Positions 1-11,184 of a DNA stretch of 64,000 bases are shown in pieces (positions within the stretch are counted from its first letter, which is position 1; each line of letters opens with the position of its first letter). The stretch comes from Candidatus Latescibacterota bacterium (GTDB lineage: Bacteria > Latescibacterota > UBA2968 > UBA8231). A program made the translations under genes and the position numbers. Location of the stretch: positions 384,001 through 448,000 of the forward strand of contig CBDAOB010000005.1 of assembly GCA_965197905.1 (NCBI GenBank), read 5' to 3'. The notes beneath the pieces were generated by a model. The model did not search any database. It had not been told where the DNA came from and saw only the letters and a list, made by a program, of their open reading frames with translations.

Positions 1-898
1 GGCCCAGCAGCACCGTCCACCACCAGCCCTCGGCCACCCATAGATTCTCCACAACCGTTTCAGCCGGTTCGTCGTGGAAAGAGAGTAAGTAGATGGGGAG
101 CAAAAGGACGAGACTACCTAAGCCCAGCGCCGGCACGGCCATGGCCTCTGTCGACTCCCGCTGATCCAGCTGCAGACCGAGCCCTCGCGCCAGCGCACCG
201 AGCGCTATCAGGGTCGCGTACACGGCCCATTCCTGCCCGCTATCCGTACCGGCTGCCGTTGCCACCGCCGCCCCTCCGGCAATCAGAACGCCCGTAAACG
301 TTAACACACAACGGCGCAGGAGGAACGGAAAAGAGACGACACAAAGCAGGAGGGGATACCAACAGAATCCGTGCGGATTCGAGTCGATCCATCCGATCGA
401 CCAGACCAGGCTGGTGATACAGGCGAGAAGCATGACCGGGCTGCTGAAGGTCGCGTAGGCCAGCGCCAGCGCGCCCAGGGTCCAGATACCGAACGCACCG
501 TGCGTTTCACCGCGCAAGTGGTACATCTGGGCGATCAGAAAGATGCTGGCGCCGAAGACGAGCGCTCCGACCAGGATCAGCGCCTGTCCCAGATACGGCC
601 TCGTCCCCTTCACCTTCCAGAGAACAAAGCCGGCGATCTCGCAGCCCAGCATGGTCGTCACCAGGAGTCCGATGCGCACCGAGATGGGAATCGAATCCCA
701 GTTGGCCGCCACGAAGCTGATCGCCCCGCCGCCGATAAGCGCCGCACCGAGGATATAAATCGTCGGTAGCAGCAAGCTGGTGGTGGACATCGCGTCACCG
801 GCATAACGCGCCTGAATCGCGTCCGCTTGACTCTGTTGGACGAGGCCGTCCCGAACCCAGTCGACCAGCTCGCGCCGCAACTCAGATACAAAATTCAT
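1..898 (-). CDS. DUF2157-family membrane protein (3' end runs off window)
   Basis: Not in the ORF track; my translation from ATG at 898 gives MNFVSELRRELVDWVRDGLVQQSQADAIQARY...LGAALIGGGAISFVAANWDSIP, the W..G(L/I)...QA..I..RY and FVAANW pattern of DUF2157, followed by hydrophobic helices. Confidence 0.8.
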   Translation of the reverse strand, partial: MNFVSELRRELVDWVRDGLVQQSQADAIQARYAGDAMSTTSLLLPTIYILGAALIGGGAISFVAANWDSIPISVRIGLLVTTMLGCEIAGFVLWKVKGTRPYLGQALILVGALVFGASIFLIAQMYHLRGETHGAFGIWTLGALALAYATFSSPVMLLACITSLVWSIGWIDSNPHGFCWYPLLLCVVSFPFLLRRCVLTFTGVLIAGGAAVATAAGTDSGQEWAVYATLIALGALARGLGLQLDQRESTEAMAVPALGLGSLVLLLPIYLLSFHDEPAETVVENLWVAEGWWWTVLLG

Positions 899-957
899 CG
901 GTTTCCACTTCGGTCTATGTCAGGCTATTCATAGCGAATCTTCCGCCCTGTCCGCGA

Positions 958-987
958 AATGTAACCGTGGCTCGAGAGCGCTGTCAA
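958..987 (-). promoter_or_regulatory. Candidate sigma-70 promoter for the DUF2157 gene
   Basis: Minus strand TTGACA (987-982), 18-nt spacer, TACATT (963-958), about 60 bp upstream of the ATG at 898. Confidence 0.5.
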
Positions 988-1073
988 GAACCTCTGCTTG
1001 ATTGGGGCCGCCGGGAGCTTTCCGACAGGGGACGGAATGACCATCTTGTGCGCAGGAAAGCCCACTCCCTACT

Positions 1074-1994
1074 ATGACAACAAAGAAACCGATCATGCCA
1101 GACGAGCACTCGGACGCGGGGACCTTCGAACGGCAGAAAGATGCGTTCGAAGGCTGGGTGCGGGCCGACGGCAGCTCGCCCTATCCTGCCGCGAAGGACC
1201 GCTACCACCTCTACGTGTTCTACGCTTGCCCTTGGGCCAGCCGGCTGATCATACTGCGCAGGATCATGGGGCTGGAGGAGATCATCAGCATGGATGTCGT
1301 CGATCCCATCCGTGACGAGGACGAAGGCTGGGCTTTCCGCGAGGGCCGGGGGCATGGCGTCGACACGGTGAACGGCTTCCGTTTTTTGAAGCAGGCCTAC
1401 CAGGCTTCCGATCCAACCTACACGGGCCGCGTTACCGTGCCCGTGCTGTGGGACAAGCGGACGAAGCGCATCGTCAGCAACAACGACGATCACCTGATGC
1501 GGATGTTCAACAGCGAGTTCAATGACTTCATCGACAATGCTGCGGATCTGTATCCGCCCTACCTGCGTTCTCAGATCGACGTTCTGAACGAGCGGATCTA
1601 CCACACGGTGAACAATGGGGTATATCGGGCGGGATTCTCCAGCACGCAATCGGCCTACGAGGCGGCGGTGCACCCGCTGTTCGAGACGCTCGACATGCTG
1701 GAGTCCCGGCTCGAGGGGCAGTGTTACCTGTTCGGGGATGACATCGTCGAGTCCGACTGGCGGCTCTTCGTGACCCTCATCCGCTTCGACGCCGTTTACT
1801 ACGTTCACTTCAAGTGCAATCTCCGCAGGATCATCGACTACCCGAATCTGCACGCCTACTTGAAGCGGCTATACGAGGTGGAGGGAGTGGCGGACACGGT
1901 GGACTTCGACCACATCAAACGGCACTATTATTACACCCACGACGACATCAACCCCTTCCGCATCGTGCCGGTGGGACCCAAGCGGATACTCTGA
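1074..1994 (+). CDS. yqjG: Glutathionyl-hydroquinone reductase (YqjG/ECM4, omega-like GST)
   Basis: [13 protein letters not shown] active site, [47 protein letters not shown] and [11 protein letters not shown]. Confidence 0.93.
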   Translation: MTTKKPIMPDEHSDAGTFERQKDAFEGWVRADGSSPYPAAKDRYHLYVFYACPWASRLIILRRIMGLEEIISMDVVDPIRDEDEGWAFREGRGHGVDTVNGFRFLKQAYQASDPTYTGRVTVPVLWDKRTKRIVSNNDDHLMRMFNSEFNDFIDNAADLYPPYLRSQIDVLNERIYHTVNNGVYRAGFSSTQSAYEAAVHPLFETLDMLESRLEGQCYLFGDDIVESDWRLFVTLIRFDAVYYVHFKCNLRRIIDYPNLHAYLKRLYEVEGVADTVDFDHIKRHYYYTHDDINPFRIVPVGPKRIL

Positions 1995-2003
1995 CCGATA
2001 CGA

Positions 2004-4412
2004 TCAGGAGTGCGCCTCGATTGTTTCTTCGGGGTCGGCTGGCAACCGCACGGTGAAGGTCGAGCCGATTCCCTCCTGGCTTTCCACGGAAATTCCGCCG
2101 CCCAGCATTTCGCAGAAGTGTTTGGTTATCGCCAGACCCAGACCGGTGCCGCCGAATTTTCGCGTCGTCGATGCATCGGCTTGAACGAACGCATCGAATA
2201 CGCGCTCCACTTGTTCCGCGCTCATGCCGATTCCGCTGTCTCGCACCTGCATCTCCAACCACTCGCGGCCGGCCGTCGCCGAGCGACGGATTCGAAAATC
2301 GATGTCGCCGTCGGTTGTGAACTTGGTTGCATTGGACAACATGTTGAAGAGTATCTGCCGGATTTTTGTCTGATCGGTGCGGAACTCTCCCAGTGACGAT
2401 TGAATATCCACCGTCAAGGTGTTGTTGTTCGCTTCCACGAGCGGCGTCACCGTCGCAAGAATCTCACTGATCAGACCGTCTACATCGACCGATTCCAAAA
2501 AGATCTCTATGTGGCCGGCTTCGATTTTAGACAGATCGAGAACGTTGTTGATCAGCGAGAAAAGATGAGTACCCGCTGTTTTAATTTTGGACAGGTCGTC
2601 AGACAGCTCTGGAATAGCCCGATCCTCGGCTTCCTCCAACAATATTTCGCTGTAGCCGATGATCGCGTTCAATGGTGTGCGTAGTTCGTGACTCATGTTG
2701 GCCAGAAACTCGCTCTTGGCGCGGTTCGCCGACTCAGCTTCCTCTTTGGCCTGCTGCAATGCATGCTCAATCCTCGTGCGCTCGATGATCTCGCTGCTCA
2801 GATCGCGATTGACATTCGACAGCTCGGCGGTGCGTTCGGCCACGACCTGCTCGACTCGGGCGGTACGCCCTGTGACCATGAGCAAAAAGGCTTCCAGCAA
2901 GCCGGTGAACATCAGACCAGCTGCCAGCACCATCCACCTTTGCCAGGTCCGCTGGGCTGCGAGGTACTCGGCGGTGGAGGAAAAGCGCAAGACCCAGCGG
3001 CGGTCGGCGACGTTAAACTCCGTCGCCCAGCTTAGCTCGGTCACAGCTTTTGCCTTGCCGCCACGCTCGAAGAGCCGTCTGTCATCGCTGCCGGCGCTTT
3101 CATCCTCAATAACCAGATGAATGCCCGCCGCATCGACGCCTTCTAGGGCGGCCTCCACTACGTTGCCGATGCGGAAGACCCCCAGGGCGAAACCCTGCAG
3201 GTTAAGCCGCCGCTGAGCGACCGTCGTGTCGGGAGCACCTGGCCGGTAGATGGGAAGAAAAACCAGGAAAGCATATTGATCGCCAGTCTCCTGGACGAGC
3301 CTTATACGGCTCGTGGCCACTGGTCCGTCCAGGTCCCTTGCCCGCTTTAGCGCTTTCAGGCGGGTGGGGTTGGAGGCCAGATCGAACCCCAACGCCCGCT
3401 CGTTTCCTTGATATGGCTGGACGAAATAGACCGGGAAATATTCGTCTCGACGACCGGCGCGAACCATTTCGCCGCCGCCCGTTTTTTCAGTGATCTGGAA
3501 GTCTGGATGACCCTCCCGGCGAGCTTTCTCCTCGTAGCCGTCACGCTGGTCATTGCGGACGTGGGGAATCCACTCTAGGGCTTGGATTCCTGCGTTTCTT
3601 CGATACATGCTTTCCGCAAAAGTGCGGAAATCGTCTCTCCCCACGGTGTCAGAACTGGCGTAGAAACTCTGAATGGAGTAGAGGGCGTCCAGGTAACTCT
3701 TGAGGTTCAATTTCGCATTCTGGGCGATGGCACTCACCCGACGCTCAAATGCCAATTGCAATCGCTGTTTCTCCCAGCTGCTGGTATAGCCGAAAACGAT
3801 GACAGCAAGGGTGAACGACACGCCCAGAGAAAGGGCCAATGGAAACCGGCGCTGCCGCCAGATTTGGCGTGGCTGACCGAGCCAGATCAGTACGAGTGGG
3901 GTGAAGATCAGCACGCCGATGGCGTCGCCCACCCACCAGGTGAACCAATTGAAGGCGACGGTGTTCAGCGTCACGGCGCCGGAGAAGAGAAGCGACGCAT
4001 TGGCCCAGGTGGCATTGATGAGGCAGCCGATCGGGCTGCCCAGCACCAGGAACTTCAACACGTCCTTGTCTTGGTCGAGAGGGCTCGGAAAACCCACGAA
4101 GCGATGTATTAGAAAAGCTCCGGCCACAGCCTGCAGCGCTGCCCCGACCGCAATGCTGGCAGCCGGCCACAGGACCGCCACGGAGGCGGCTTGGCCCCCT
4201 GTTCCCAGCGAGATTTCGCTGTTGAGCAGCATCGACCCAATCAGCACGCCGGGCCAGACGCGGTAGCCGTAGATCAGCACTGCAACCAGCGCCAGTCCAG
4301 ATGGCGGCCAAACGGCCGTGGCATAGCCGGGGGGAATGGCCAGCAACAAGCCCGCCTTGCCGCTCAAGTAATAGGCGGCTGTCATGGCGAGGATGGTAAC
4401 CCAGTGACGCAT
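2004..4412 (-). CDS. MASE1-CHASE sensor histidine kinase (no receiver domain)
   Basis: MASE1 motifs ([14 protein letters not shown]), CHASE motif ([19 protein letters not shown]), H-box [14 protein letters not shown]-box [16 protein letters not shown] and GGTGLGL. Confidence 0.93.
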   Translation of the reverse strand: MRHWVTILAMTAAYYLSGKAGLLLAIPPGYATAVWPPSGLALVAVLIYGYRVWPGVLIGSMLLNSEISLGTGGQAASVAVLWPAASIAVGAALQAVAGAFLIHRFVGFPSPLDQDKDVLKFLVLGSPIGCLINATWANASLLFSGAVTLNTVAFNWFTWWVGDAIGVLIFTPLVLIWLGQPRQIWRQRRFPLALSLGVSFTLAVIVFGYTSSWEKQRLQLAFERRVSAIAQNAKLNLKSYLDALYSIQSFYASSDTVGRDDFRTFAESMYRRNAGIQALEWIPHVRNDQRDGYEEKARREGHPDFQITEKTGGGEMVRAGRRDEYFPVYFVQPYQGNERALGFDLASNPTRLKALKRARDLDGPVATSRIRLVQETGDQYAFLVFLPIYRPGAPDTTVAQRRLNLQGFALGVFRIGNVVEAALEGVDAAGIHLVIEDESAGSDDRRLFERGGKAKAVTELSWATEFNVADRRWVLRFSSTAEYLAAQRTWQRWMVLAAGLMFTGLLEAFLLMVTGRTARVEQVVAERTAELSNVNRDLSSEIIERTRIEHALQQAKEEAESANRAKSEFLANMSHELRTPLNAIIGYSEILLEEAEDRAIPELSDDLSKIKTAGTHLFSLINNVLDLSKIEAGHIEIFLESVDVDGLISEILATVTPLVEANNNTLTVDIQSSLGEFRTDQTKIRQILFNMLSNATKFTTDGDIDFRIRRSATAGREWLEMQVRDSGIGMSAEQVERVFDAFVQADASTTRKFGGTGLGLAITKHFCEMLGGGISVESQEGIGSTFTVRLPADPEETIEAHS

Positions 4413-4632
4413 ATTCTCGTTTTAAACGGGTAGTGATTGGACGCGGATGGCGGTAGGTCGGTGGCCAGCAAGCTGACAGCCCATTAAGTAATGTAGCGCC
4501 ACTACACTGTCAATCCATGGTGCTGGGTTATCAATGCTGCCTACCCACAGGTTGGGTTTGCTTGATGGTCGAGCGTCGAGATCGTACCATCTGACGGTTT
4601 GCAGCATTCGCACATTCAAGATCACCGGCCAA

Positions 4633-5028
4633 ATGGAGTCGATCGAACTCGCCGTCAACGGGACGCTCATGCGCGGTTTGGCGCTCAACGGCAATCTGCT
4701 CGCAGCTGGAGGGCGCTTTGTGAGTGAGAGCGCCACGGCACCGTGCTATAGGATGTGGTCCATCGATGACGACCACCCGGGCATGATGCGCGCGAACTGC
4801 GGCGGAGGCGGGCGCATTGCCCTCGAGATCTGGGCCCTTCCTCTGGAAGGGATTGCAGCCGTCCTGCTGCAGGAACCTGCCGGTCTGTGCATCGGTCGCA
4901 TTGATCTTGAGGATGGCCGGCAGGTTCTTGGGGTCCTGGCCGAGCCGGTTCTGTGCGAAGGCCAAAAGGAGATTACGGGATGGGGAGGTTGGCGCGCCTA
5001 CGTGGCCTCTCTATCGGCAGCATCCTGA
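4633..5028 (+). CDS. Stand-alone allophanate hydrolase C-terminal-like domain (gamma-glutamylcyclotransferase fold)
   Basis: LAVNGTLMRGLALN..L, TAPCYRMW, EIW and EPAGLCIGRIDLEDG...GGWRAY match the AtzF C-terminal-like family. Start moved to the in-frame ATG at 4633 (MESIELAV). Confidence 0.8.
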   Translation: MESIELAVNGTLMRGLALNGNLLAAGGRFVSESATAPCYRMWSIDDDHPGMMRANCGGGGRIALEIWALPLEGIAAVLLQEPAGLCIGRIDLEDGRQVLGVLAEPVLCEGQKEITGWGGWRAYVASLSAAS

Positions 5029-5133
5029 TGGTGGGTTGGGACGTACGCGGCGCGACTTGACGCAACTACCGATGAGCCGTTTACGCGTCCTATCCCAAGC
5101 AGTTACAGAAAAACACGAATCGGAGACACAGTC

Positions 5134-6786
5134 ATGACAAACACAATGCCACGGCCGGCGGTTTCCAACCGCGTCGCAGACCAGATAGCGGCCGCGTTGA
5201 AGAGCAACGATGTTCCCTACGTCTTCGGCATACCTGGAGGGGGGAGCTCCATCGACCTGATAGAGGCCTGCTACAACCAGGACATCCCGTTCGTCCTGAC
5301 CCAGCACGAAACAACGGCCGCGATGATGGGAATCGTCGCCGGCGAGTTGACCGGCACCTGCGGGGTGTGCCTTTCGATCATGGGGCCGGGCGCGACCAAC
5401 GCGGCCAGCGGCGCCATCTACGCCCACCTGGAACGTCATCCGCTGCTCTGCGTGACTGAGCGCTATTCACCCGCCCAGGCGCCGGCGACCTCGATGCAGA
5501 AGATCGATCATCCTCAATTCTTCAGACCCGTCGCCAAAACGTCCGTGACCCTCGACGCCGAGGATCCTGGCCTGCAGATCTCGAACGCCATACGGACAGC
5601 CATGGCCGAACGACCGGGTAACGTGCACATCGATTTTCCCCAGAACCTCGACTCCACCACGCCAGGCTCCTCTTCTGGGCCGTCCCAGAAGGCGGCGGAC
5701 GCGCCCACCCCCATCCAAGGCGACCTGGATGCCATCGCCTCCGCAATCAACGCCGCCGAGAGACCAATCCTTGTTGCCGGGCCGGCTGTGGTACGCCAGG
5801 GCGCGGAAAGCAACCTGCTCTCCCTGGCGGAGAAGCTGCAAGCCGCGGTGATGGCGACGTCGAAGGCAAGAGGTGTCATACCGGAGACCCACTCTCTTTA
5901 CGCAGGTGTAATGTCGGGCGTGTACGCGCCGAACACCCTCGAGACCCACTTCATCGACCGCAGCGATCTGGTGGTCGCTGTCGGCCTCGACCGAGTCGAG
6001 CTCTTGAGCCCGTGGAAACACACGCAGCAGCTTGTCACCCTTGACGCAATACCGGTCGCGCCCGAAGAGGTGGTGGGGGAACCGGCCCACATCGCCAGCG
6101 GTGCCCTACCCGAGCTGCTCGACGCGCTGACTAGCGGCGTAAGGCGACGGGATACGTGGGACACAGCTGACATCGCGCGTTTCTGGAGCGACGCCATGCA
6201 CCAGCTCGGTGGGTCGGACCCCAATCTCAATGCAACCGTCGCGCTTCTCGCCGCCCGCCGCCTGTCACCGGAGGATGCGATTCTGACGACCGAAGCCGGC
6301 GTCTACGGCAGGGTCAACCTCTACGCCTGGAAGGTTTACGCCCCCACCACCTACTTCGATTCGAGCGGCTCCAACACAATGGGCTTCTCGATCCCCGCGG
6401 GTTTGGCTGCGTCATTGGTCAGACCCGCCCAGAAAACCATCTCCCTCATCGGCGATGCCGGCATGCTTATGCGGGCTGGCGAGCTCGAGGTGGCGGCTCG
6501 GCTGAAGCTTGCGCCGGTAATCGTCGTGTTCGACGACACCACACTGGGGATGATCCGGATCAAGCAGCGCTCGAAGGGGTATGCGCGTGAAGGTGTCGAT
6601 ATTGCGCAGACGGACTTTGTCCGCCTCGCAGAGAGCTTTGGAGGCGTAGGAACGAAGGTGCACACGCGGGAAGAGTTCGAATCGGCATTTAAAAAAGCCC
6701 TCGACGCGAATCAGCTCCACCTGATCGATGTACGGCTGGATCCCGACACCTATGCAGCCCACGTCACGCCGATTCGAGGCGCATGA
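5134..6786 (+). CDS. Thiamine-diphosphate-dependent enzyme (acetolactate synthase-like family)
   Basis: VFGIPGG, conserved Glu in QHETTA, GPGATN, RPGNVHIDFP, MGFSIPAG and a variant ThDP motif GDAG...FDD. Confidence 0.9.
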   Translation: MTNTMPRPAVSNRVADQIAAALKSNDVPYVFGIPGGGSSIDLIEACYNQDIPFVLTQHETTAAMMGIVAGELTGTCGVCLSIMGPGATNAASGAIYAHLERHPLLCVTERYSPAQAPATSMQKIDHPQFFRPVAKTSVTLDAEDPGLQISNAIRTAMAERPGNVHIDFPQNLDSTTPGSSSGPSQKAADAPTPIQGDLDAIASAINAAERPILVAGPAVVRQGAESNLLSLAEKLQAAVMATSKARGVIPETHSLYAGVMSGVYAPNTLETHFIDRSDLVVAVGLDRVELLSPWKHTQQLVTLDAIPVAPEEVVGEPAHIASGALPELLDALTSGVRRRDTWDTADIARFWSDAMHQLGGSDPNLNATVALLAARRLSPEDAILTTEAGVYGRVNLYAWKVYAPTTYFDSSGSNTMGFSIPAGLAASLVRPAQKTISLIGDAGMLMRAGELEVAARLKLAPVIVVFDDTTLGMIRIKQRSKGYAREGVDIAQTDFVRLAESFGGVGTKVHTREEFESAFKKALDANQLHLIDVRLDPDTYAAHVTPIRGA

Positions 6787-6896
6787 TCCGGAATGCATTG
6801 GCGGCGCAATACAAGGATTAGACCGTTTCTTTCGTTCTGAACCAGCGAATACCCTGAATACGACTTCGTATCTGAACCATTAGGAATCTAACTACC

Positions 6897-7871
6897 ATGG
6901 ATAGGCTGCTGGATAGAGATTGGGAACGCGGGGTGGTCCGCTATCCGGATCCAGCTGTGGAGGTAATCGATCCGCGTTTCAAACCATACATACTGGGGAC
7001 TGCTGCTGTGGAACGCCTCTACACCGGTGCTCGCTGGTCAGAAGGGCCCGTCTGGTTCGGCGATGGCCGTTACCTGTTATGGAGCGATATCCCCAACAAC
7101 CGCATCCTGCGTTGGACCGAGGAGACCGGTGTAGTCAGTGAATTTCGTCGTCCTTCCAACAATACCAACGGGAATACCCGCGATAAGCAGGGACGTCTCA
7201 TTTCCTGCGAACATGAGACCCGTCGCATCACCCGCACGGAATACGACGGCAGCATCACCGTCGTGATGGATCAGTTCGGGGGTAAGCGTTTAAATGCCCC
7301 AAACGACGTTGTGGTGCACCGCGACGGCCATGTCTGGTTTACTGATCCCGGCTACGGTATTTTGATGAATTATGAGGGCAACAAGGCACCGTTCGAGCTG
7401 CCAACCAACGTCTATCGGGTCAATCCCGAGAATGGTGTTGCGACGGTAGCTACCGACGAGCTGGAAAAGCCGAACGGCCTCTGCTTCTCACCGGACTATA
7501 AGAAACTCTATGTTGTCGATACCGGGGCCTCGCACAGGACCGACCATCCGCACCATATTCTGATCTACGATGTAGCTAACAACAGCCGCCTGACCAACGG
7601 TCGGGTCTTCTGCGACATGGGACCGTCTATGTCCGACGGTATCCGCTGCGATATCGATGGTAACCTGTGGTGCAGCGCAGGCTGGGCGGGGGATGGTTGT
7701 AACGGCGTCTACGTGTTCGCACCGGATGGTGATCTTATCGGCAAGATTCATCTGCCTGAAACAGCAGCCAACCTGTGTTTTGGGGGACGCAAACGAAACC
7801 GGCTCTTCATCGCCGCCAGTCAATCTCTCTATTCGCTTTACGTAGAAACCCAGGGCGCTCAGAAGCTTTGA
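6897..7871 (+). CDS. SMP-30/gluconolactonase/LRE family protein
   Basis: WSEGPVWF, WSDIPNNRI, LNAPNDVVV, PNGLCFSPD, DGIRCDIDGNLW and ANLCFGG. Confidence 0.93.
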   Translation: MDRLLDRDWERGVVRYPDPAVEVIDPRFKPYILGTAAVERLYTGARWSEGPVWFGDGRYLLWSDIPNNRILRWTEETGVVSEFRRPSNNTNGNTRDKQGRLISCEHETRRITRTEYDGSITVVMDQFGGKRLNAPNDVVVHRDGHVWFTDPGYGILMNYEGNKAPFELPTNVYRVNPENGVATVATDELEKPNGLCFSPDYKKLYVVDTGASHRTDHPHHILIYDVANNSRLTNGRVFCDMGPSMSDGIRCDIDGNLWCSAGWAGDGCNGVYVFAPDGDLIGKIHLPETAANLCFGGRKRNRLFIAASQSLYSLYVETQGAQKL

Positions 7872-7881
7872 AAGGAGCACC

Positions 7882-9427
7882 ATGATCCTCTTCCACAACG
7901 GTCGTCTCATCGACGGCTCTGGGAAGCCATCGCGGCAAGCCTCGGTTCTCGTCCACGATCAGCATGTCGAAGCGGTTGGTGACATCGACCCCAGCCCCGA
8001 TACGGAAGTCGTCGACTGTTCCGGTCTCGTCATCGCGCCTGGTTTCATCGATGTGCACAGTCACGCGGATCTAGAGGTCCTCGAGCACCGGACCGAGAAG
8101 GTCATGCAGGGGGTGACGACAGAGGTCGTCGGCAACTGTGGCTTCTCCGTATTTCCGCAGGTACCCTTAACCGGTCTCGCACCCGTCTTCGATATCGTGT
8201 TTCCCGATCGCGGTTCCAGAGAGTGGGAAGACGCGGAATCCTATTTCGAAGACCTGGAGAGTACGCAGAGCCGCACGAATGTTGCCGCCCTCACCGGCCA
8301 TTCCAGCCTCAGAGCCGGAGTTACCGGCATCAAGGCCGGACGCCTCGAGGGGTCCGACCTGCGCGAAGTCGAGCAGCGGCTGATCACCTGTCTTGAGCAG
8401 GGTTCGATCGGGATGTCCACGGGATTGAACGAGGTGCCCAGCAGCTACGGTGACTTCGAAGAGCTGGTCGGGCTGTGCCGCATCGTGCACCAGCACGGCG
8501 CCCTCTACACCAGCCACTTGAGAGACTACAAGTTCCACTTCGTCGAGGCGGTGCAGGAGGCGCTCGATCTGGGCCGGGAGTCCGGGGTCCCGGTGCAGCT
8601 ATCCCATCTGCAGGCGGCGGGACGAAAGAACTGGGACAAGATGGATCCGGTGCTCGCACTCATCGACCAAGCACATAGCGAGGGGGTCGACGTAGGTATA
8701 GATGCCTACCCCTATGTTGCCGGCTCCGCCAGCCTCACCCAGGTGCTGCCTATCTGGTGCATGGAAGGGGGCACCGAGCACCTCATGTCCCGTTTGACGG
8801 ACGCGGAAAGCCGCCAGCGCATCGCCGCCGACACCGACAGCGACATGTCCAATGGCTGGGAGGACATCATGCTGTCGAACATGGACAATCCTGAACTACA
8901 AGGGCTCATCGGCAAAACCATGCAGGATGTTGCGGATGAGCGTGGATGCCCTGGTGTAGAAGCTGCCCTGGACCTGCTGATCGAAAACGAGTGCGGGATC
9001 ATGATCGTCTCGTTCAATCAATCCGACGAGAATCTGCGCAAGGTGTTGACGCACCCACTGACGTCGATCATCACGGATGGTCTGATGACCGAGGGCAAAC
9101 CCCATCCCCGGACGTTCGGGACCTACCCCACGTTCCTCGGTGAATACGTGCGTGAGAAAGGCTGGATGTCATTGGAAGAGGCGATCCGCAAGGTGAGCGC
9201 GCTGCCGGCTAAACGTTTTTGCCTGGAGAAGCGAGGGCTGTTGAGGGCGTCTTATTGTGCAGACATCGTCGTGCTCTCAGCTGATGAGATCGGCACGCAA
9301 GCGAACTACGTGGATCCCGATCACCGCCCCCGAGGGCATCGAGCACGTGCTCATCAACGGGGCCTGGGCGCTGCGGCACGGGCGATTGGAGGAAGGATCG
9401 TGTTGCGGGCAGCCGCTCCGAGCTTGA
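7882..9427 (+). CDS. N-acyl-D-amino-acid deacylase (amidohydrolase), apparent +1 frameshift near the C-terminus
   Basis: APGFIDVHSH, GVTTEVVGNCG, DAYPY and HPRTFGTYP. Removing one C from the C5 run at 9327-9331 restores P-EGIEHVLING...GQPLRA* (stop 9425-9427) and removes the overlap with the convergent gene. Confidence 0.85.
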
Positions 9428-9477
9428 GCGGACTACCGCTCTCGTCATGCGCGCTTGGCGGGACGTTACGACTGATC

Positions 9478-11184
9478 TCACGCCTGGCACAGAACAAGAA
9501 GCTCGCATTGGTTAACCGTAGGCCATGGCGAGGAGCCGCCGATGCCGGGCTCCTTCATAGGCGTTCCCTCCGGCAATCTGAAACCTTCCAGTAACACGAG
9601 GACGATGTTTTCCCCCTGGCGCATGGGTGGGTTGTCCACCACCAGCCACTGGTCTCCACTCGAACTTTCGATCTCCCGCGCCGCGCACAGATCCACAGCT
9701 TCGCCGTTAACCTCACAACGAAACCTGTGCAAGGATTGTTCGTAGTCGGTGAGGCGTAGTCGGAGCTCGGTGCTTGCGATCCGGCCTTCCGCCATGCCCC
9801 CGTCGATGTCATCCTCAACCTTGACGTGCATCGCATGGCCGGGGCCGGCCCCGCGTCCGCCGATCGCCAGCTTTCGCGGCACCTGGCGGTTGTGATCGCC
9901 CAGATCCTGGCGGTCATTCAGGTGATAACAGCGGTTCAGGCGTTCCAGCTTATACGGATCTGCCAGGTCCCGGTAGCTTTGGAGCTCACTTCTCGTCAGT
10001 CGATCGGTAGCCATGTGAGCGGTCAAATCGCTGTATTGGGACGGGTATTGAACCAGAGGCATGTCGCTCTCGTCATCCTCGCGCACCGGCTGTGGCCGAA
10101 AGGAGGCGTAGTCGTGATTATAGAGGTGAATCCCCGTGGCGCCCTCCTTGTGACAGTTTAATGCCACCGCCTAATTACCGAAGGCTGTCCGCTCTCGTAT
10201 CCCTCCTGGGGAGAGGCCGATATGAGTCCTCCCGAACCAGAATAGATGAGCACGCCGCTGTTCTCCGCCGCTGATACAGCACGAGCTACGTCCGTTTCAT
10301 TTCCCCATCCCCCCGCAGCTGAAATCACGGCAATGTCCACCAAACCCTCCTCAATCCAGGTCTCAAGATCGAGACCTAGCTCCATACTGCAATCAATGCT
10401 GGAGAGTGATCGACACACCAGCTTGATTTCCTTGCCCTTCCTCGCGCCATGACGGTGCACGACATCCCGCGCCTGGCGCATGAATTGGGTCATGGTCGAG
10501 ATATGTCTGAACGCCTGGTCGGGTTTGAAGAATGGGGGTTTTCGCGTGAAGTCCAACTCCAGGCCATCGACATCGTAGCGGGTGAGGGTTTCGTCGAACA
10601 GTCCGAGAAAGCGGTCCCTCACCTCCTTCTGGGCATAATCCCACTGCCAGCAGAAGTTCCATTCGTCGCCATGCTTGTTCATGTAGGGCGATGGACTGCC
10701 AATGAGGAGATCGGGCCGATTCACCTTCATCGCCGACCGTCTGGCATCCTCCATGCGGAGTTCGTTGTTGCAATGGGCATCATTCATGCGATAGAAGGCG
10801 TAGATGCCCAGGTCCGTTCGCCGTGCCCTGTCTATGTAGAGCTGGAAAACGTCGTGACCGTCATCAATCATGGCGGCGAGACACATCTGCAAACAGGTCA
10901 GCACCCGTAACGTTCGTGCTCAGCACGGAGGCGACGGTAGCATTTCCGTCGGAAAACAGCTTCCCGCAGTCGTCCGCCATGTTGTCGCCCCAGAGCTCTG
11001 CATGAGGACTGCCCCTCCAGGACACTTCGTCACTGAGACCGACATGCACCGACACCGCATCGACGCTTCCAGCCAATGCCTCGAACAACTCGGTTACATC
11101 CTCGGGATTGCGCCGCTTCAGGTATTTGAGCACCAGGTTTCCTTCGGTGCCAAAGATGATTCGCGGCGGCCACCTAGGGGGCAT
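9478..11184 (-). pseudogene. Glycoside-hydrolase-like TIM-barrel protein (GHL10/DUF187-like), split into three ORFs by two frameshifts
   Basis: RBS GGAGG before ATG 11184. Pieces carry RMNDAH, WDYAQKEVR..YDVDGLELDF.R, GLDLETWIEEGLVD and R-AVALN..KEGATGIHLYN. Frame breaks near 10880 and at 10170-10171; may be an intact gene with sequencing errors. Confidence 0.75.

Noticed and set aside
4413..4632. Guanidine riboswitch upstream of the allophanate-hydrolase-like gene
   Set aside because: I could not see the conserved motifs of guanidine-I, -II or -III classes.
9428..9594. C-terminal extension of the 570-aa D-aminoacylase ORF overlapping the convergent gene
   Set aside because: Explained by an extra C at 9327-9331; the family-typical end (EGIEHVLING) is in another frame and stops at 9427.
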